Of a stretch of DNA of 64,000 bases, positions 35,286-49,215 are shown piece by piece (within the stretch, counting starts at the first letter, position 1; each line of letters opens with the position of its first letter). Source of the stretch: the human T2T-CHM13v2.0 reference genome, Homo sapiens; the NCBI RefSeq assembly GCF_009914755.1, contig NC_060932.1; one strand, 5' to 3'. The position numbers and the translations under genes are program-made. The notes below the pieces were generated by a model. The model saw only the letters and a program-made list of their open reading frames with translations. It was not told the origin of the DNA and did not search any database.

Positions 35286-36029
35286 CCACTAACAGTCACT
35301 CCTACTCCCCTTACCCTACCCTTCCCTTGACAACTGCTAATTTACTTTCTGTCTCTATGAACTGACTATTCCGGACGTGTCTTATAAATGGGATCATAAA
35401 ATATGTGATCTCTTGTGATTTCTTTCTTTCACTTAGCGTAAGATTTTGGAGTTCATATGTGTTGCAGCATATGTCAGTACTTTGCTCCTTTTTATGGCTG
35501 AATAATATCCCTTTGCATGGATTTATCTGTTTATTTTTCCATTCGTCAGTTGACAGACATTTGGGTTGTTTCCACCTTTTGACCACTATGAATAATGCTG
35601 CTTGTACACGTTCACGTTTCTGTGTGGTTTTCAGTTTTCATTTCTCTTGACTAGATGCCTGGGAGTGGAATTGCTGGGTTATATGATAACTCTGTTTGCG
35701 TTTTTTTGATTTTTTTTTTTTTTTGAGATGGAGTCTGGCTCTGTCATCCAGGCTGGAGTGCAGTGGCACCGTCTTGGCTCACTGCAACCTCTGCCTCCTG
35801 GGGTCAAGTGAGTCTCCTGCCTTAGCTTCCTGAGTAGCTGGGATTACAGGCGCGTGCCATCGTGCCTGGCTAATTTTTGTATTTTTAGTAGAGATGGGGT
35901 TTCATCATGCTGGTCACTCTGGTCTCGAACTCCTAACCTTGTGATCGACCAGCCTCAGCTTCCCAAAGTGCTGGGGTTATAGGCGCGAGCCACCATGCCC
36001 AGCAAATGTCTGACTTTTTGAGGAGCTGA

Positions 36030-36200
<171 letters not shown>

Positions 36201-36648
36201 TGAGGTCAGGAGTTCAAGACCAGCCTGACCAACATGGAGAAACCCCGTCTCTACTAAAACTACAAAAAAAAATTAGCCAGGCGTGGTGGTGCATGCCTAT
36301 AATCCCAGCTACTCGGGAGGCTGAGGCAGGAGAATTGCTTGAACCTGGGAGTGGAGGTTCCAGTGAGCTGAGATCGTGCCATTGAACTCCAGCCTGGGCA
36401 ACAAGAGCAAAACTCCATCTCAAAAAAAAAAAGAAATTCTGTGTTTTTGATCATAGCCATCCTAGTGGGTTTTGCACCAATAATGTCTGCTACACCCTAC
36501 TTTGCAAAACCATTATGACTATATATATGAACACTATGCAAGGTTTGCTCTCAGGGAAGCTTTGGAAAGGACCCGTCCAAGCAAGGCACCATGAAGCTTA
36601 AATTTTATTACCTTCCTTTAAGTACTGTTTTCTTTTTTTTTTTTTTGA

Positions 36649-36906
<258 letters not shown>

Positions 36907-37075
36907 TGAGCCACCGCACCCGGCCTAATTTACTGTTATTTATTTTATTTTTGAGATGGAGTCTCCCTCTGTTGCCCAGGCTGGGGTGCAGTGGCGCTAT
37001 CTTGGCTCAATGCAACTTCTTCCTCCCAGGTTCAAGCAATTCTCCTGCTTCAGCCTCTCGAGTAGGCGGGACTAG

Positions 37076-37297
<222 letters not shown>

Positions 37298-38099
37298 TGA
37301 GTCTCTGTAAGTTGCCCAGGGAAGATAGCTCTGACAAATAATTAGAAGTTGCCAGCCTTGTGTACAGCTGAGAAAAGAGCATTCCAGGCAGAAGAGACAG
37401 CAAGTGCAAAGACCCTGAGGCCAGAATGGCCACCAAAGTTGTTTGGTTCCGTGTCCTGAGCTACCAGCTTGGCAGATGGCTGGTGCCCAAAAAATGCTGG
37501 AGTGAGGGAATGCCCTTCTTTTGCCCTCCCTTCCTCCCAGTCTGTGTGTCTCTAGAAGGTTGCTGCTCCGCCCACAGTGGAGGACACGTGAAGAACTGGA
37601 GTCCTTTTCTGGGGCAGACTCCAATACTGGGACAGAGAAACTCTTCTGCCACGACCATGGAACTGGGAGGTCCCAGTGTCTTTCTTTCCCAACTGCTCTG
37701 AGAAAATCGGCCAGTGGCAGGTGGAAATGATATGGAGCCACAGAGCAGCAGGGCAGCAGAGAGGGAGAGCAATGGTAGGGTAGACAGTACAAGGCTCCAG
37801 AGAGCTCCTGGATAAAGCAGTGCCGGAAGCTGGCTCCCTCCAAACCTCCATTTACAAATTTTCTCTTCGTGCAAGTCAGTTTGAGTTGGGTTTGTCACTT
37901 GCGACTGAAGACGTCCTGACAAATGCCCCAAAGCTACCAGCTCAGAGATGCCCAGAGGCCTCTCCAAAGCTGCCTCCTCAGGTCCCCACTGGGGCCCTGT
38001 GTTGTCCTGTCCCTGGACGGCCTGAGCTTCTCGGTGGCCGTGCCAGCCTGGACAAGAGCAGGCCTTCCTTCCGAGAGGCCCGTGGCCACTCCCCCATTC

Positions 38100-38556
38100 A
38101 GCCCTTCTCTGACCCGACAGCCTAGTCGAGGAGCCGGGGCGCGGGCCTCAGACCCTCAGGGCCCACGAGAAGCCAGGGCCGGCTGACCAGGTTCGGCGTG
38201 GCCAGCGCCCAGTGGGAAGCACTGGCCGACCTAGCCGAGACTACATGGACGCTTCCAGCGAGTGTGGACGCGGCAGGCGGCCAAATCGCGCCGGGCCTCG
38301 GTCCCCATGGCTCGGGACATCACAGCGCTCAGTCTCCAACCTCCGCAGCTTCCGGCCAGACGCCGAGACCCATAACTCCCCGCGCGCGGCCTGGCCCCTC
38401 CCCTCCGCACGCCGGTCCCGCCCCTTGAGCCCAGTGCGCAGCCTCGGATTGGCCAGGGCGGCTTTCGCTCCTCTGGTGGGCGGGGTTGCGGGCCACACAG
38501 CGGACCCCTAAGCGGACCGCTGGCACCGGTCGGGTGGCAGCAGAGTGTCGCTCGAC
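38100..38556 (+). promoter_or_regulatory. HGH1: HGH1 CpG-island promoter
   Basis: CpG-dense region running into exon 1, with an inverted CCAAT (ATTGG, about 38448) and a GC box GGGCGGGG (about 38478). No TATA box. Confidence 0.75.
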
Positions 38557-40273
38557 ATGGGGGAGGCCGGGGCTGGCGCTGGCGCCTCGGGAGGGCCGGA
38601 GGCAAGCCCGGAGGCAGAGGTGGTGAAGCTGCTGCCCTTCCTGGCGCCGGGCGCGCGGGCGGACCTGCAGGCGGCGGCGGTGCGGCACGTGCTGGCGCTG
38701 ACTGGCTGCGGACCCGGCCGCGCGCTGTTGGCGGGGCAGGCGGCGCTGCTGCAGGCGCTGATGGAGCTGGCGCCGGCCTCTGCCCCGGCCCGGGACGCCG
38801 CCCGCGCGCTCGTGAACTTGGCCGCCGACCCCGGCCTGCACGAGACATTGCTGGCGGCCGACCCCGGGCTGCCAGCGCGCCTGATGGGCCGCGCGTTGGA
38901 CCCGCAGTGGCCCTGGGCCGAGGAGGCGGCCGCCGCGCTAGCCAACCTCAGTCGCGAGCCGGCGCCGTGTGCAGCGCTCATGGCGGCGCTGGCGGCCGCG
39001 GAGCCGGCAGACTCGGGCCTGGAGCGGCTGGTGCGCGCGCTGTGCACGCCCGGCTACAACGCCCGCGCGCCCCTGCACTACCTAGCGCCGCTGCTCTCCA
39101 ACCTCAGCCAACGCCCTGCGGCGCGGGCCTTCCTACTGGACCCCGACAGGTGAAGCCCAGGGCGCCCGCGCGGGCGGGGAGGGGACGGAAGTTAGGGGGG
39201 ACGGCCCTAAGTGACACCTCCCAACAGGTGCGTGGTCCAGCGGCTGCTGCCCCTTACCCAGTACCCCGACTCCTCTGTACGCAGGGGCGGGGTGGTGGGG
39301 ACGCTGCGGAATTGCTGCTTCGAGCACCGTGAGTGGTGGGTGTGGCGGGGGTGCGTTGCCAGGTGTGGGGACTGGACTCCGGGGCTGCTCTGGACCAGTT
39401 TCCATTCCCGTCTCCCCACCCTCACCATCCCTCAGGACATCACGAGTGGTTGCTTGGACCTGAGGTGGACATTCTCCCCTTTTTGCTCCTGCCCTTGGCT
39501 GGGCCTGAGGATTTCTCCGAGGAAGAGATGGAACGTGAGTGGCTAGTGTGGAGCCTCAGAGTTGGCCGGAGAGGAGGGAGGCCAGTGGAGGGAGAGAGAG
39601 GTGTCCAGGCCACAGGCTCCTGAAACTTTGCAGCAGTGAGTTGCTGAGCACAGGTGGGACTTACACAGGCAGAGCCTGGCTCAGCTGCCCAGCCCAGGGA
39701 CACAGTGGCTCCCACACACTCACCCCTAGGGCTGCCTGTCGACTTGCAGTACCTGCCACCAGACAAGCAGCGAGAACCTGATGCAGACATCCGCAAGATG
39801 CTTGTTGAAGCCATCATGCTGGTGAGCAGGAGCCCTGCTGCAATAAGCACCACCCCAACACACACACATGAGCATGCTGACATCTGGGTAACCTCTTCCA
39901 CCTCCTCAGCTGACAGCCACAGCACCAGGTCGGCAGCAGGTGCGGGACCAGGGAGCCTACCTGATCCTTCGAGAGCTGCACAGCTGGGAGCCGGAGCCCG
40001 ACGTGCGGACGGCTTGTGAGAAGCTCATCCAGGTTGGTGCAGGGTTGGAGAGGCTGGGGAAGGGGTGTCTGTAGCTGGCCAGCTGCTCACCTGCTTCCCG
40101 TCTGGCAGGTGCTTATTGGGGACGAGCCTGAACGTGGCATGGAAAACCTGCTGGAGGTGCAGGTGCCTGAGGATGTGGAGCAGCAGCTGCAGCAGCTGGA
40201 TTGCAGGGAGCAGGAGCAGTTGGAGCGGGAGCTGGCCCCAGAGCCATGGGTGGAGAGGGCCACACCCACCTGA
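38557..40273 (+). CDS. HGH1: Protein HGH1 homolog (FAM203A/C8orf30A), armadillo-like eEF2 co-chaperone, 6 exons
   Basis: Exons 38557-39149, 39228-39328, 39436-39534, 39730-39821, 39910-40032 and 40109-40273 are GT-AG joined and total 1173 nt = 390 aa + stop. Motifs RRGGVVGTLRNCCF, LPFLLLPLAGPE, LPPDKQREPD and YLILRELH are typical of Hgh1. Confidence 0.95.
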
Positions 40274-41540
40274 GGCCCCTGCAGCCGGACACCAGCTCCA
40301 GGGTCCCCTTTGCCAGGCTTTCTCAGACCAGGCCTTCCTGCAGCTGTCTGCAGGCCCCCTGGGTCCCCTTGTTCAGAGACTGTGCTCTTCTGAGAAGCAG
40401 AGCTACGCTTAGGCTCCAGTAAGGATTGGAGGCACTTTCCAGCCCTGTGCAGTGTTGCTACCAGCAAGAATGAAGGTTGTGCAGAGCAGTACTGTGAGGT
40501 AGGCACCGTGACTCGGCTGCCTGTGCAGAAGGTGGAGGTGGCAGGCGGATGGCCAGGGAGCCATGAGAAGACTCTTCCTGGGCACGGCGTGGGGACTGGA
40601 CAGAAAACCACTGCAAGCCCCAAGGAGCCAGCTGAAGCCTCCCAATCCCCAGGGCACTGCAGAGTCTGGGCAGAGGTGGGCGCATAGGTACAAGTGCTGC
40701 TTTGTCAGCCTCACTCCCTGCAGCTCTCAGCTCCCTGTTCCCTGAGACCTGGCCTCAAAGGGCTGACCCAGCCATACGTAGATCCTGGGGTCTTTCTAGG
40801 ACTGTGCCTCCCTGCTTGACCTATGCTCCAGGACCCTGCCCTCAACCCTTGTCAGCTCCCTAAGTCTTCCTGTTTCCCAGTCTCAGATTGAGTGGGTGCT
40901 CTCATTGGCCTCTCTAGCTAGGCCGTCTCCCTGGTCAGCTTCCTTGAGCCTGGGCCACTCCTCCCTGGCCTTCTTACCTCTGCCAAGAGCCTCCAGATGT
41001 GCCTGCAGCCTAGTCCCTGCCCAAGCTTCTCCCCCAGCCACCCTCTGCCCCTGTGGTAGAGCCCACTATAGGCCCAGGCGCCTTACGTGCTTCTCCCCTG
41101 GACCTATGTGCATCCCTCACCTGCCAGTTATGTGGCTGCCAAGCCCCACAGGCTGTCATGGTGGCTCTTGCCACACTTCCCTTCCTGAGCTGACCTGACC
41201 TCACTGCCACCTCTTGCATTGGGATCCTGAGGGCTGGCCCCTGCTCACTGATGGGCCCTCCCAGGCCCGTCAAGCCCTGGTGAAGGAGCTTAGCTTGTCT
41301 TCTTGGCAATTCACAATGCCTCACTCCACACCCTAAAACTGGAGCGTCCCCTATGGTCTCCTGCTGTGGCTTGGGTGCCGGGCGTCTCCCGCCTCCAGGA
41401 TCTCCTCTCACCTGCCCCCATTAAAGCTCTGCCACTCATGCAGGCATGTGTGGACCATGTTTTCCCCTGGCCAGAGCCCCCACCTGCCACTGGAGGCCAG
41501 TTGCCCTCTTAGCACTCAGACATCAGCACTGTCTTCACAG

Positions 41541-41546
41541 AATAAA
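41541..41546 (+). terminator. HGH1: HGH1 polyadenylation signal AATAAA
   Basis: First canonical AATAAA downstream of the stop (3'UTR about 1.3 kb). An ATTAAA variant lies at about 41420. Confidence 0.7.
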
Positions 41547-41584
41547 TGCTTTATCTGGCCTTGCCCCACCCACCCACCCTCAGT

Positions 41585-44385
41585 TTACTGGAGCGCCTCC
41601 TGGAGGCGCTCACTCCCAGGCTGGCTGCTACGAGCTCTAGAGGACCAGCTGGGCAGAACCCACCCCTCTTCTGGGGTGCGCTTCTGGAGGCCTGAGCTCA
41701 GGGCCCGTATTCTCCTTGGGGATGCCCTGCTGCTGGGGCAGTGCAGCTGCAGGACTGGCTGTTGGCGCTCTAAGTCTGTGCCAGGCTCCAGGTCATCCAC
41801 GGATGCTCGGAGTTGGGACTGCACCTGCTTCTCTGCAAGGGGCCACAGTGGGGTCAGGTGGAGTGCAGAGGGACCACGTGCTGCTCAGTTGCTCACCCAC
41901 AGGGCCACACTACACCTGGCACAGCACTGAGGAAGAGCGTGTTCGCTGCAGGCAGCATCCAGCAGTGTGCAGCCACCTGCTGCAGGCCCAGGCATGCGTT
42001 TGGGTGCAGCTGCAGCAGCCCCCGAATCAAGTCCTGGCACTGTGGGCAAGGGCTCACGGCTGCAGCCTCTCATCACCTCCAGCACCCACCCTCACCCCAT
42101 GCACATCACTGCCAACAGTGCCAGCAGCTTAGAGGGGTCAGTTCTGTTACCAGTGGGGAGACTGAGGCATAGAGGGGCAAGGCAGTGTGCCCTGGGCTAG
42201 TGCAGAGCTTAGGTTCGCAGCCACTGCCTTTCCTGAATTGCATTCTGAGTCAGGTCCTCCAGCAGCCCAGCTTCCCCAGCACTTGTCACCGCCTTGCGTG
42301 GACCAAACGCTTCCCAGCCTAAGCGGGGAGGATGCCAGGTTCAGTCTCTTCCACCACGCGGGACTACCCTCCTGGGAGTCCAGGTCTCCCTCACTGTTGC
42401 TCTCTAGGCCTGAGCTAGGTGTGGGAGTGTCATGGGGTGGTGCTCACCTGGGAACAGACCTGGCCAGAAGGTGGGACCGCGGTGCATGAGGTGCAGCATG
42501 CAGTGGGGCTGGCGCTCCTTGAAGGGCAGCTTCCCACTCACCATGGCATAGAAGATGAGACCTCTGGGGGCAGGAGTTCCTAAGGGTGTGGCCCCTCCCC
42601 AGCCCTCCCGTGGGCCCTGGCCACAGGGTCGGGGTGCCCTGGGGGCACTCAGACTCCACAGGTCGGCCCATTGCCTGGGGTCAGGGCTCTCAGACTCCAC
42701 AGGTCGGCCCACTCCCCGCTATACTTGCTGCTCATGAGGATCTCTGTGTAGGCTGGGGAGCCGCCGAAAGTGCTGAGCGGTGAGTTCCTGGGCCCCATGC
42801 AGCCTGTGAAGCCAAAGTCTGTACGAGGTGTGTGGGGAGGGTGGCACTATGCGTGAGGGGCAGGGGTGCAGGGAGAGGGACTTGAGGACGCCACTCTGCA
42901 GGGATGGCTGTGGAGGTTTGCGGGGTTGCATGCAGTGTGTGGCCGACAGCAAGAGTGTGGGTGTGGATGAGGTGGGCCTGGTCTGGGGGCACACGGGGTT
43001 AGGCCAGTGACCTCAGGGCCGAGGGTAAGGGTGGCCTGCAGGCCTTCTGGGAGGGCTGAAAGCAGGGGCCTGGCTGGGACAAGTGTGGGGTGTGGGCCCC
43101 TGCAGGTGGAGGCATTCAACCCCAGGGTGGGGCTGTGGGCTCACCGGTCAGCTTGAGAAGGCCATGGAGAAGAACATCCAGCAGGATGTTCTCGCACTTC
43201 AGGTCCCTGCATGGGAGAGGGGAGGCGGGAGGTGGGGCTGACCTGGGCTCAAGTGGGCCTCTGTGCATGTGGGCAGACGATCGGCCCAGGTGCCGCCCTC
43301 ACTGGTGCACGATGCCCACGCTGTGGCAGTGTGCCATGGCACTAACTAGCTGCCAGAAGAGTCCAGGGGCTTCCTTCTCCAGCCCTGGGCGGCAGAGGTG
43401 ATCCACTGCAGCCTGGATGTGCTCCAGCAGGTCGCCCCAGGGCACCAGCTCCAGCACGAGCCGGCTGCTCTGATAGGTCTCATACAGCTGCACCTGCAGC
43501 CCACACACCTGCCATCACCCGGAGGCAGGGCCAAGGGTATGCTGGAACTGTCAAGGGTACCAGATCCAGGTTCCAGGATGGGGTTGGGCTCCAGCCCTGG
43601 GGCGAAAGGGAGGTCCAAGGTGGGAGGGGGCGATAGGCCTGGGGCAGGCAGCTGGCTGGGGAGGCGGAGGGTGGGGACAGGCTGTGTCCAGGCTTCTGCC
43701 CACATGGTCAGGTGCTTGTAGGTAGCGTTGAGTGACAGATCTCATGGGGTAGGAGCTTGCGGGAGAACTCCACCGGGGCCTCGGTTGTAGAGACGATCTT
43801 GATAGCTATCTGTAGGGTGAAGGGCGCTTGCTGTGTGAGATTTGGCCCTTGAGGGGCTGGCTGTGGTAGGGCAGGCCCCTGTCCTTTATACACTTTGCTG
43901 GAATCCTCAGGGGGGATGCTGGGTGAGCAGTGCCCTTGGAGGGCAGTGATGACCTCCCTGCTCCCTCCTGTGCCAAGTACTTTGTGTTCAAGGGGTTTGG
44001 GAACAGGGGATGGTCAGCCTGCAGGAGCCCCGGGGAGGCCTCTGGGGAGGAAATGGGACTGGGGAGAGTATCAGGCGGAGGAAGCTGGAGCAGCTGGATG
44101 GTGCCTGAGTGGGTTTGGGACACGGAGGGGCCTGCTGGGGGGCACTGGAGCCCTTTGGGGAGGGAGGAAAGCCTGTCTTACCATGGTGTGGCGCTTGCCC
44201 TGCAGGTGGGAGGACAGCTTGGGGTTGTGGTGCATGCACTCGTGGGTGGCATCGGCCAAGTACACCTTGGAGAAGGCCCCAGAACTGATCTTCTTGGAGG
44301 AGAGCAGGTAGCCATTGTCCTTGCACTCACGCACCTGCTCCGTGAAGGTTCTCTGATCCAGCTTCTGCCTGCTGCTGCCCTTCAT
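41585..44385 (-). pseudogene. TSSK5P: Testis-specific serine kinase 5 unitary pseudogene (intron-containing)
   Basis: Minus-strand kinase exons: 44385-44182 (KKISSGAFSKVYLA); from 43809 (IAIKIVS..LPHEI, then a frameshift to a stop); LYETY..GDLLEHI..LFWQLVSAMAHCHSVGIVHQ; DLKCENILLD; DFGF; ADLWSL; GLIFYAMVSGKLPFKE; DLIRGLLQLHP. Disabling changes include a frameshift, HRD->HQD, loss of APE, and damaged splice donors. Confidence 0.88.
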
Positions 44386-45497
44386 GGAGGGCAGTGCATG
44401 GAAGGGGGTGTGGTGGTCCAGTTTCACCAGTCTTGGGGGGCACAGCTGAGACCTGACTTGTGTCAGAGGGCAGGGGCCAGGGTGGTAGGGGGTGCTGGGT
44501 GGGAACTGCGTCCCTCTTGAGGCAGCAGCCACACTTCTGAAGACTTGCTGGGACTGCGGCAGAGGCAGGGAGTGATGGGGCTGCAAGCTCAGGGCGGGGG
44601 CTGGCACAGCTCTGGACTGGGCAGGGGGAGGGCCAGCTCTGGGAGACGAGGTGCAGGTTCTAGAGTGGAGAATTGAGCTGTACCTGCATTGTGCCCTCAA
44701 AGGGTGCGTCTTCTTGTTTTGAGGACCTGCCCACTCTGAGGACATCTTGTGGGACCAGTCCTGCCCACATGGGGCCCACTCTCTGTGAGGTGAAAACCCA
44801 TTTCAAGGGCTGCAGCCAGGGTGAGGCCTCTGTGGACCCCTATGGACGTGGCTGGCCACAGAAAGCTGTTAAAGAAATGAGGGTGGGGATTTCTGGGGCA
44901 TAAGGACAGGAAAAGGGACACATACGTGTCAACCACCATTTCAACTGCACCCCCTCCTTCGAGAGGATGCCATGGCCACACTCAGCTGGGCCCTAAGGTG
45001 GGCTGAGCCAGAGGAAGGCAGGCAGGAGCTCTGTCTCCCGGCCTTCTCCACTGGAGCCTGAAGCACCTCCTGCCCAGGCCAGCAAGGTGCAGGAAGCGTC
45101 CCACCTAGAGACCTCTGCAGACTTGACCACACACCCCAGGGCAAGCAAGGGCCCCACTCCTGAGCCTACCTCTGATCCTACAGTTCCAAGAGACAGAAGC
45201 CAACCTTGCCCCTCCCTTCTGGACCCCAGAGTGCCCTGTGGGCACTATTACTGCTAACGTTTGAGTGCCAGCTCTGTGCCGGGTGCCATTCTGGGCAGTC
45301 GCACCAGCTACCACTACCACCTGTAGCAGTCCTGCCCCCGTTCACAGAAGACATTCAGGAGCCCAGCCTGTGGGGGCAGTTCACATCTGGGATCTCAAGT
45401 CCTAACACAACCAAGCAATCCTCGCTTTACAGATGATGAAATTGAGCCGCCATGGTGGGGAAGCCCAACCCAAATGTGTCATCTCTGCTGTGAGCTA

Positions 45498-46430
<933 letters not shown>

Positions 46431-46435
46431 TTAGG

Positions 46436-47435
46436 TGTAGGGAAAAGAAAGACAGATCAGACTGTCCCTGTGTCTATGTAGAAAGGGAAGACATAAGAGA
46501 CTCCATTTTGAAAAAGACCTGTACTTTAAACAATTGCGTTGCTGAGATGTTGTTAATTTGTAGCTTTGCCCCAGCCACTTTGATCCAACCTGGAGCTCAC
46601 AAAAACGTGTGTTGTATGAAATCAAGGTTTAAGGGATCTAGGGCTGTGCAGGACGTGCTTTATTAACAAAATGTTTACAAGCAGTATACTTGGTAAAAGT
46701 CATCACCATTCTCTAGTCTCGATAAACCAGGGGCACAATGCACTGTGGAAAGCCACAGGGACCTCTGCCCTTGAAAGCAGGGTATTGTCCAAGGTTTCTC
46801 CCCATGTGATAGTCTGAAATATGGCCTCGTGGGATGAGAAAGACCTGACTGTCCCCCAAACTGACACCCGTAAAGGGTCTGTGCTGAGGTGGATTAGTAA
46901 AAGAGGAAAGCCTCTTGCAGTTGAGTTAGAGGAAGGCCACTGTCTCCTGCCTGCCCCTGGAAACTGAATGTCTTGGTATAAAACCCGATTGTACATTCAG
47001 TTCTGAGCTAGGAGAAAAACCGCCCTATGGTGGGAGGTGAGACATGTTTGCAGTAATGCTGCTTTGTTATTCTTTACTCCACTGAGATGTTTGGGTGGAG
47101 AGAAACATAAATCTGGCTTACGTGCACGTCCAGTCATAGTACCTTCCCTTGAACTTAATTATGACATAGATGCTTTTGCTCACGTTTTTTGCTGACCTTC
47201 TCATCACCCTGCTCTCCTACAACATTCCTTTTTGCTGAAATAATGAAAATAATAATAAAAACTGAGGGAACTCAGAGGCCGGTGCTGGTGCAGGTCCTTG
47301 GTGTGCTGAGTGCTGGTCCCCTGGGCCCACTGTTGTTTCTCTATACTTTGTCTCTGTGTCTTATTTCTTTTCTCAGTCTCTCGTCCCACCCGACTAGAAA
47401 TACCCACAGGTGTGGAGGGGCAGGCCACCCCTTCA
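46436..47435 (+). mobile_element. Solo HERV-K (HML-2) LTR, LTR5B/LTR5A type
   Basis: Begins TGTAGGGAAAAGAAAGACAGATCAGACTGT and ends GGCCACCCCTTCA; length 1000 bp. Perfect TTAGG target-site duplication at 46431-46435 and 47436-47440. No primer-binding site or internal sequence. Confidence 0.92.
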
Positions 47436-48729
47436 TTAGGAAAAAAATAGAAACTGCGCCAGGCAATTTAAGCAGGTGGGATTGGTTGCTTAAGTGTCAG
47501 AAGGGCTTGAGAGGCACGGGGGCAGGGTGGAGTTCGTCGAAGGTGGGGGCTGCAAGAAGCGGCCACTCTAGAACCGGAGCCAGGTGGTCCCGACCCAGGG
47601 TGGCTGAGCCTCTGGGCTCTGCTGCGGAGCCTGGGAGCCTGCGGCCCCTGCGGCACACCTCCGCTCCCACCAGTGGCAGGACACAGCTGGAAGCCCGCGA
47701 GTGTCAAGCCAAGTGATGACTGCAGGATCAGAACGGCCATTGGCTCTGTCCACCCTCCCTTTGCAGTCTCGATTATCCGCGTCGTTGCCTGCACCTGAGT
47801 CCATTCCCGGGGCTTCATTGGGCAGCCGTCCCGTGCGGGGCTTTGTAAGCAGCCCTCGGGAGCAAAATACAGACTCAGGCCTGCCCCTGGCGGAGGGGCT
47901 GGCGTTCGTTTGTGATCGGAGTGAAAGTGGGGCTGTGCTGCGCGCGGCAGCTGGTGTGCGTGAGGCGGGGGCGGCACCGAGACCGGGAGGGGACAAGGCC
48001 ACAGGCGCGTGGGAAGCCGCCGCAGGGGCCGCGCCCGCATCCGCAAAGGGTACTGCGCTCTCCCGGGCGCCGTCCCCACAGCGGGAGCCCAGTCCCTCCG
48101 GCCAGGAGTGGACATCCTGCCCGCGCTGCTCCCGCCGCCTCCGCCTCTGCCGACGCCCAGCCTGGACGCGCGGCGGGCGCTTTCCTTCCTCACATCGCTC
48201 TTATCGCGTCCCGAGTTCCCGGGACCCCGCTGGTCGCCTCTTTCCCAACGAGCGCAGGGCCCTGCGAGTCCTGCCCCCCTCCGGGTGCCGCGGCCTCCAG
48301 CTGGCGCTTCCGGGGCAGACAGAGGGCGGGCGGGCCGCGCGAGTCCAGGGCGGGCGTGTGCTTGCGAGCGGCCGCAACGCCGCGCCGAGCCCGCGTCCCC
48401 GGCGTCTGGGAGCGGAGGTCGTCAGGGCTGTATGCGTCCGACGGGGACACGGGGACTGCAGCACCCCGGGGCTGGCGTAGCTGTCGCGAGCCTGAAGGCC
48501 GCGCCTGCGCCGTGGCGGCCGAACTGGCGCTCAACAGACGGGCGGGGCCGAGCGTGAGGCGGAGTCTGCGCACTGCTGCTTTGCAAATGAAGGTGGGCGG
48601 GGTGGAGCGAGCGTGAGAGACGTGCCCCCGACCAATAAGTGCAGAGATCGCTCGGGGGCGGGGACCTGCTGCCGCGCTCCAGGCTGCGGGTGGCCAGAAG
48701 GCAGCGGGGGCGGGCTCGGCGCGCGCGGC

Positions 48730-48797
48730 TCCGCCCACTCCGGGCCCCTGCTGGGCGGGAAGGCGGCGCCCCGGCCGAGGTGGCGGCGGCTCCTCAG
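48730..48797 (+). other. MROH1: Probable non-coding first exon of MROH1 (start approximate)
   Basis: Strong donor CTCAG|GTAAAC at 48797/48798 just downstream of the CCAAT/GC boxes; no ATG. The coding exons are not in this window. Confidence 0.6.
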
Positions 48798-49085
48798 GTA
48801 AACGGCGGGTGGGGATGAGCCTTCGGCGGCGCTGGGGAAGAGCCCCTCGGGGAAGTCTGGGCTGAAGAGCCTGGGGCGGCTCCCTTGGCGGGGCCGCGGA
48901 GGAAGCCGAGTCAGGAGGCGCCTCCCCAAGGTCACAGGGCGAACGCTGGGAGGGTCCTGGGTGTCGCGGGGACCTCGGCTCAGGTGTGCGCCGCGCCACA
49001 GCCCGGAAGAGAGGCCGGAGCTGTGCGGCTGTGCTCCTCCTCTGCGCCGCTAAGTCGTCTCGGCCGCGCGACCACCCCTCTTCGG

Positions 49086-49215
49086 GGAGCTTGGTGGTCC
49101 CCGGTGCCCGCCCCTCCGCGGGAGCCCGGTGGTCCCCGGTGCCCGCCCCTCCTGTGAGCCCGGTGGTCCCCAGTGCCCGGCCCTCCCCGGGAGCGCGGTG
49201 GTCCCCGGCCCTTCT
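49086..49215 (+). repeat. GC-rich minisatellite, about 35-bp unit, about 3.5 copies
   Basis: GAGCCCGGTGGTCCCCGGTGCCCGCCCCTCC-like unit repeated with small variations. Confidence 0.75.

Noticed and set aside
41585-44745. Functional Ser/Thr kinase gene
   Set aside because: A frameshift, HRD and APE motif loss, and damaged donors make it a pseudogene.
46436-47716. HERV-K provirus or LTR-initiated 175-aa ORF
   Set aside because: The target-site duplication directly brackets a single LTR, with no primer-binding site or gag. The ORF has no retroviral or other recognisable motifs.
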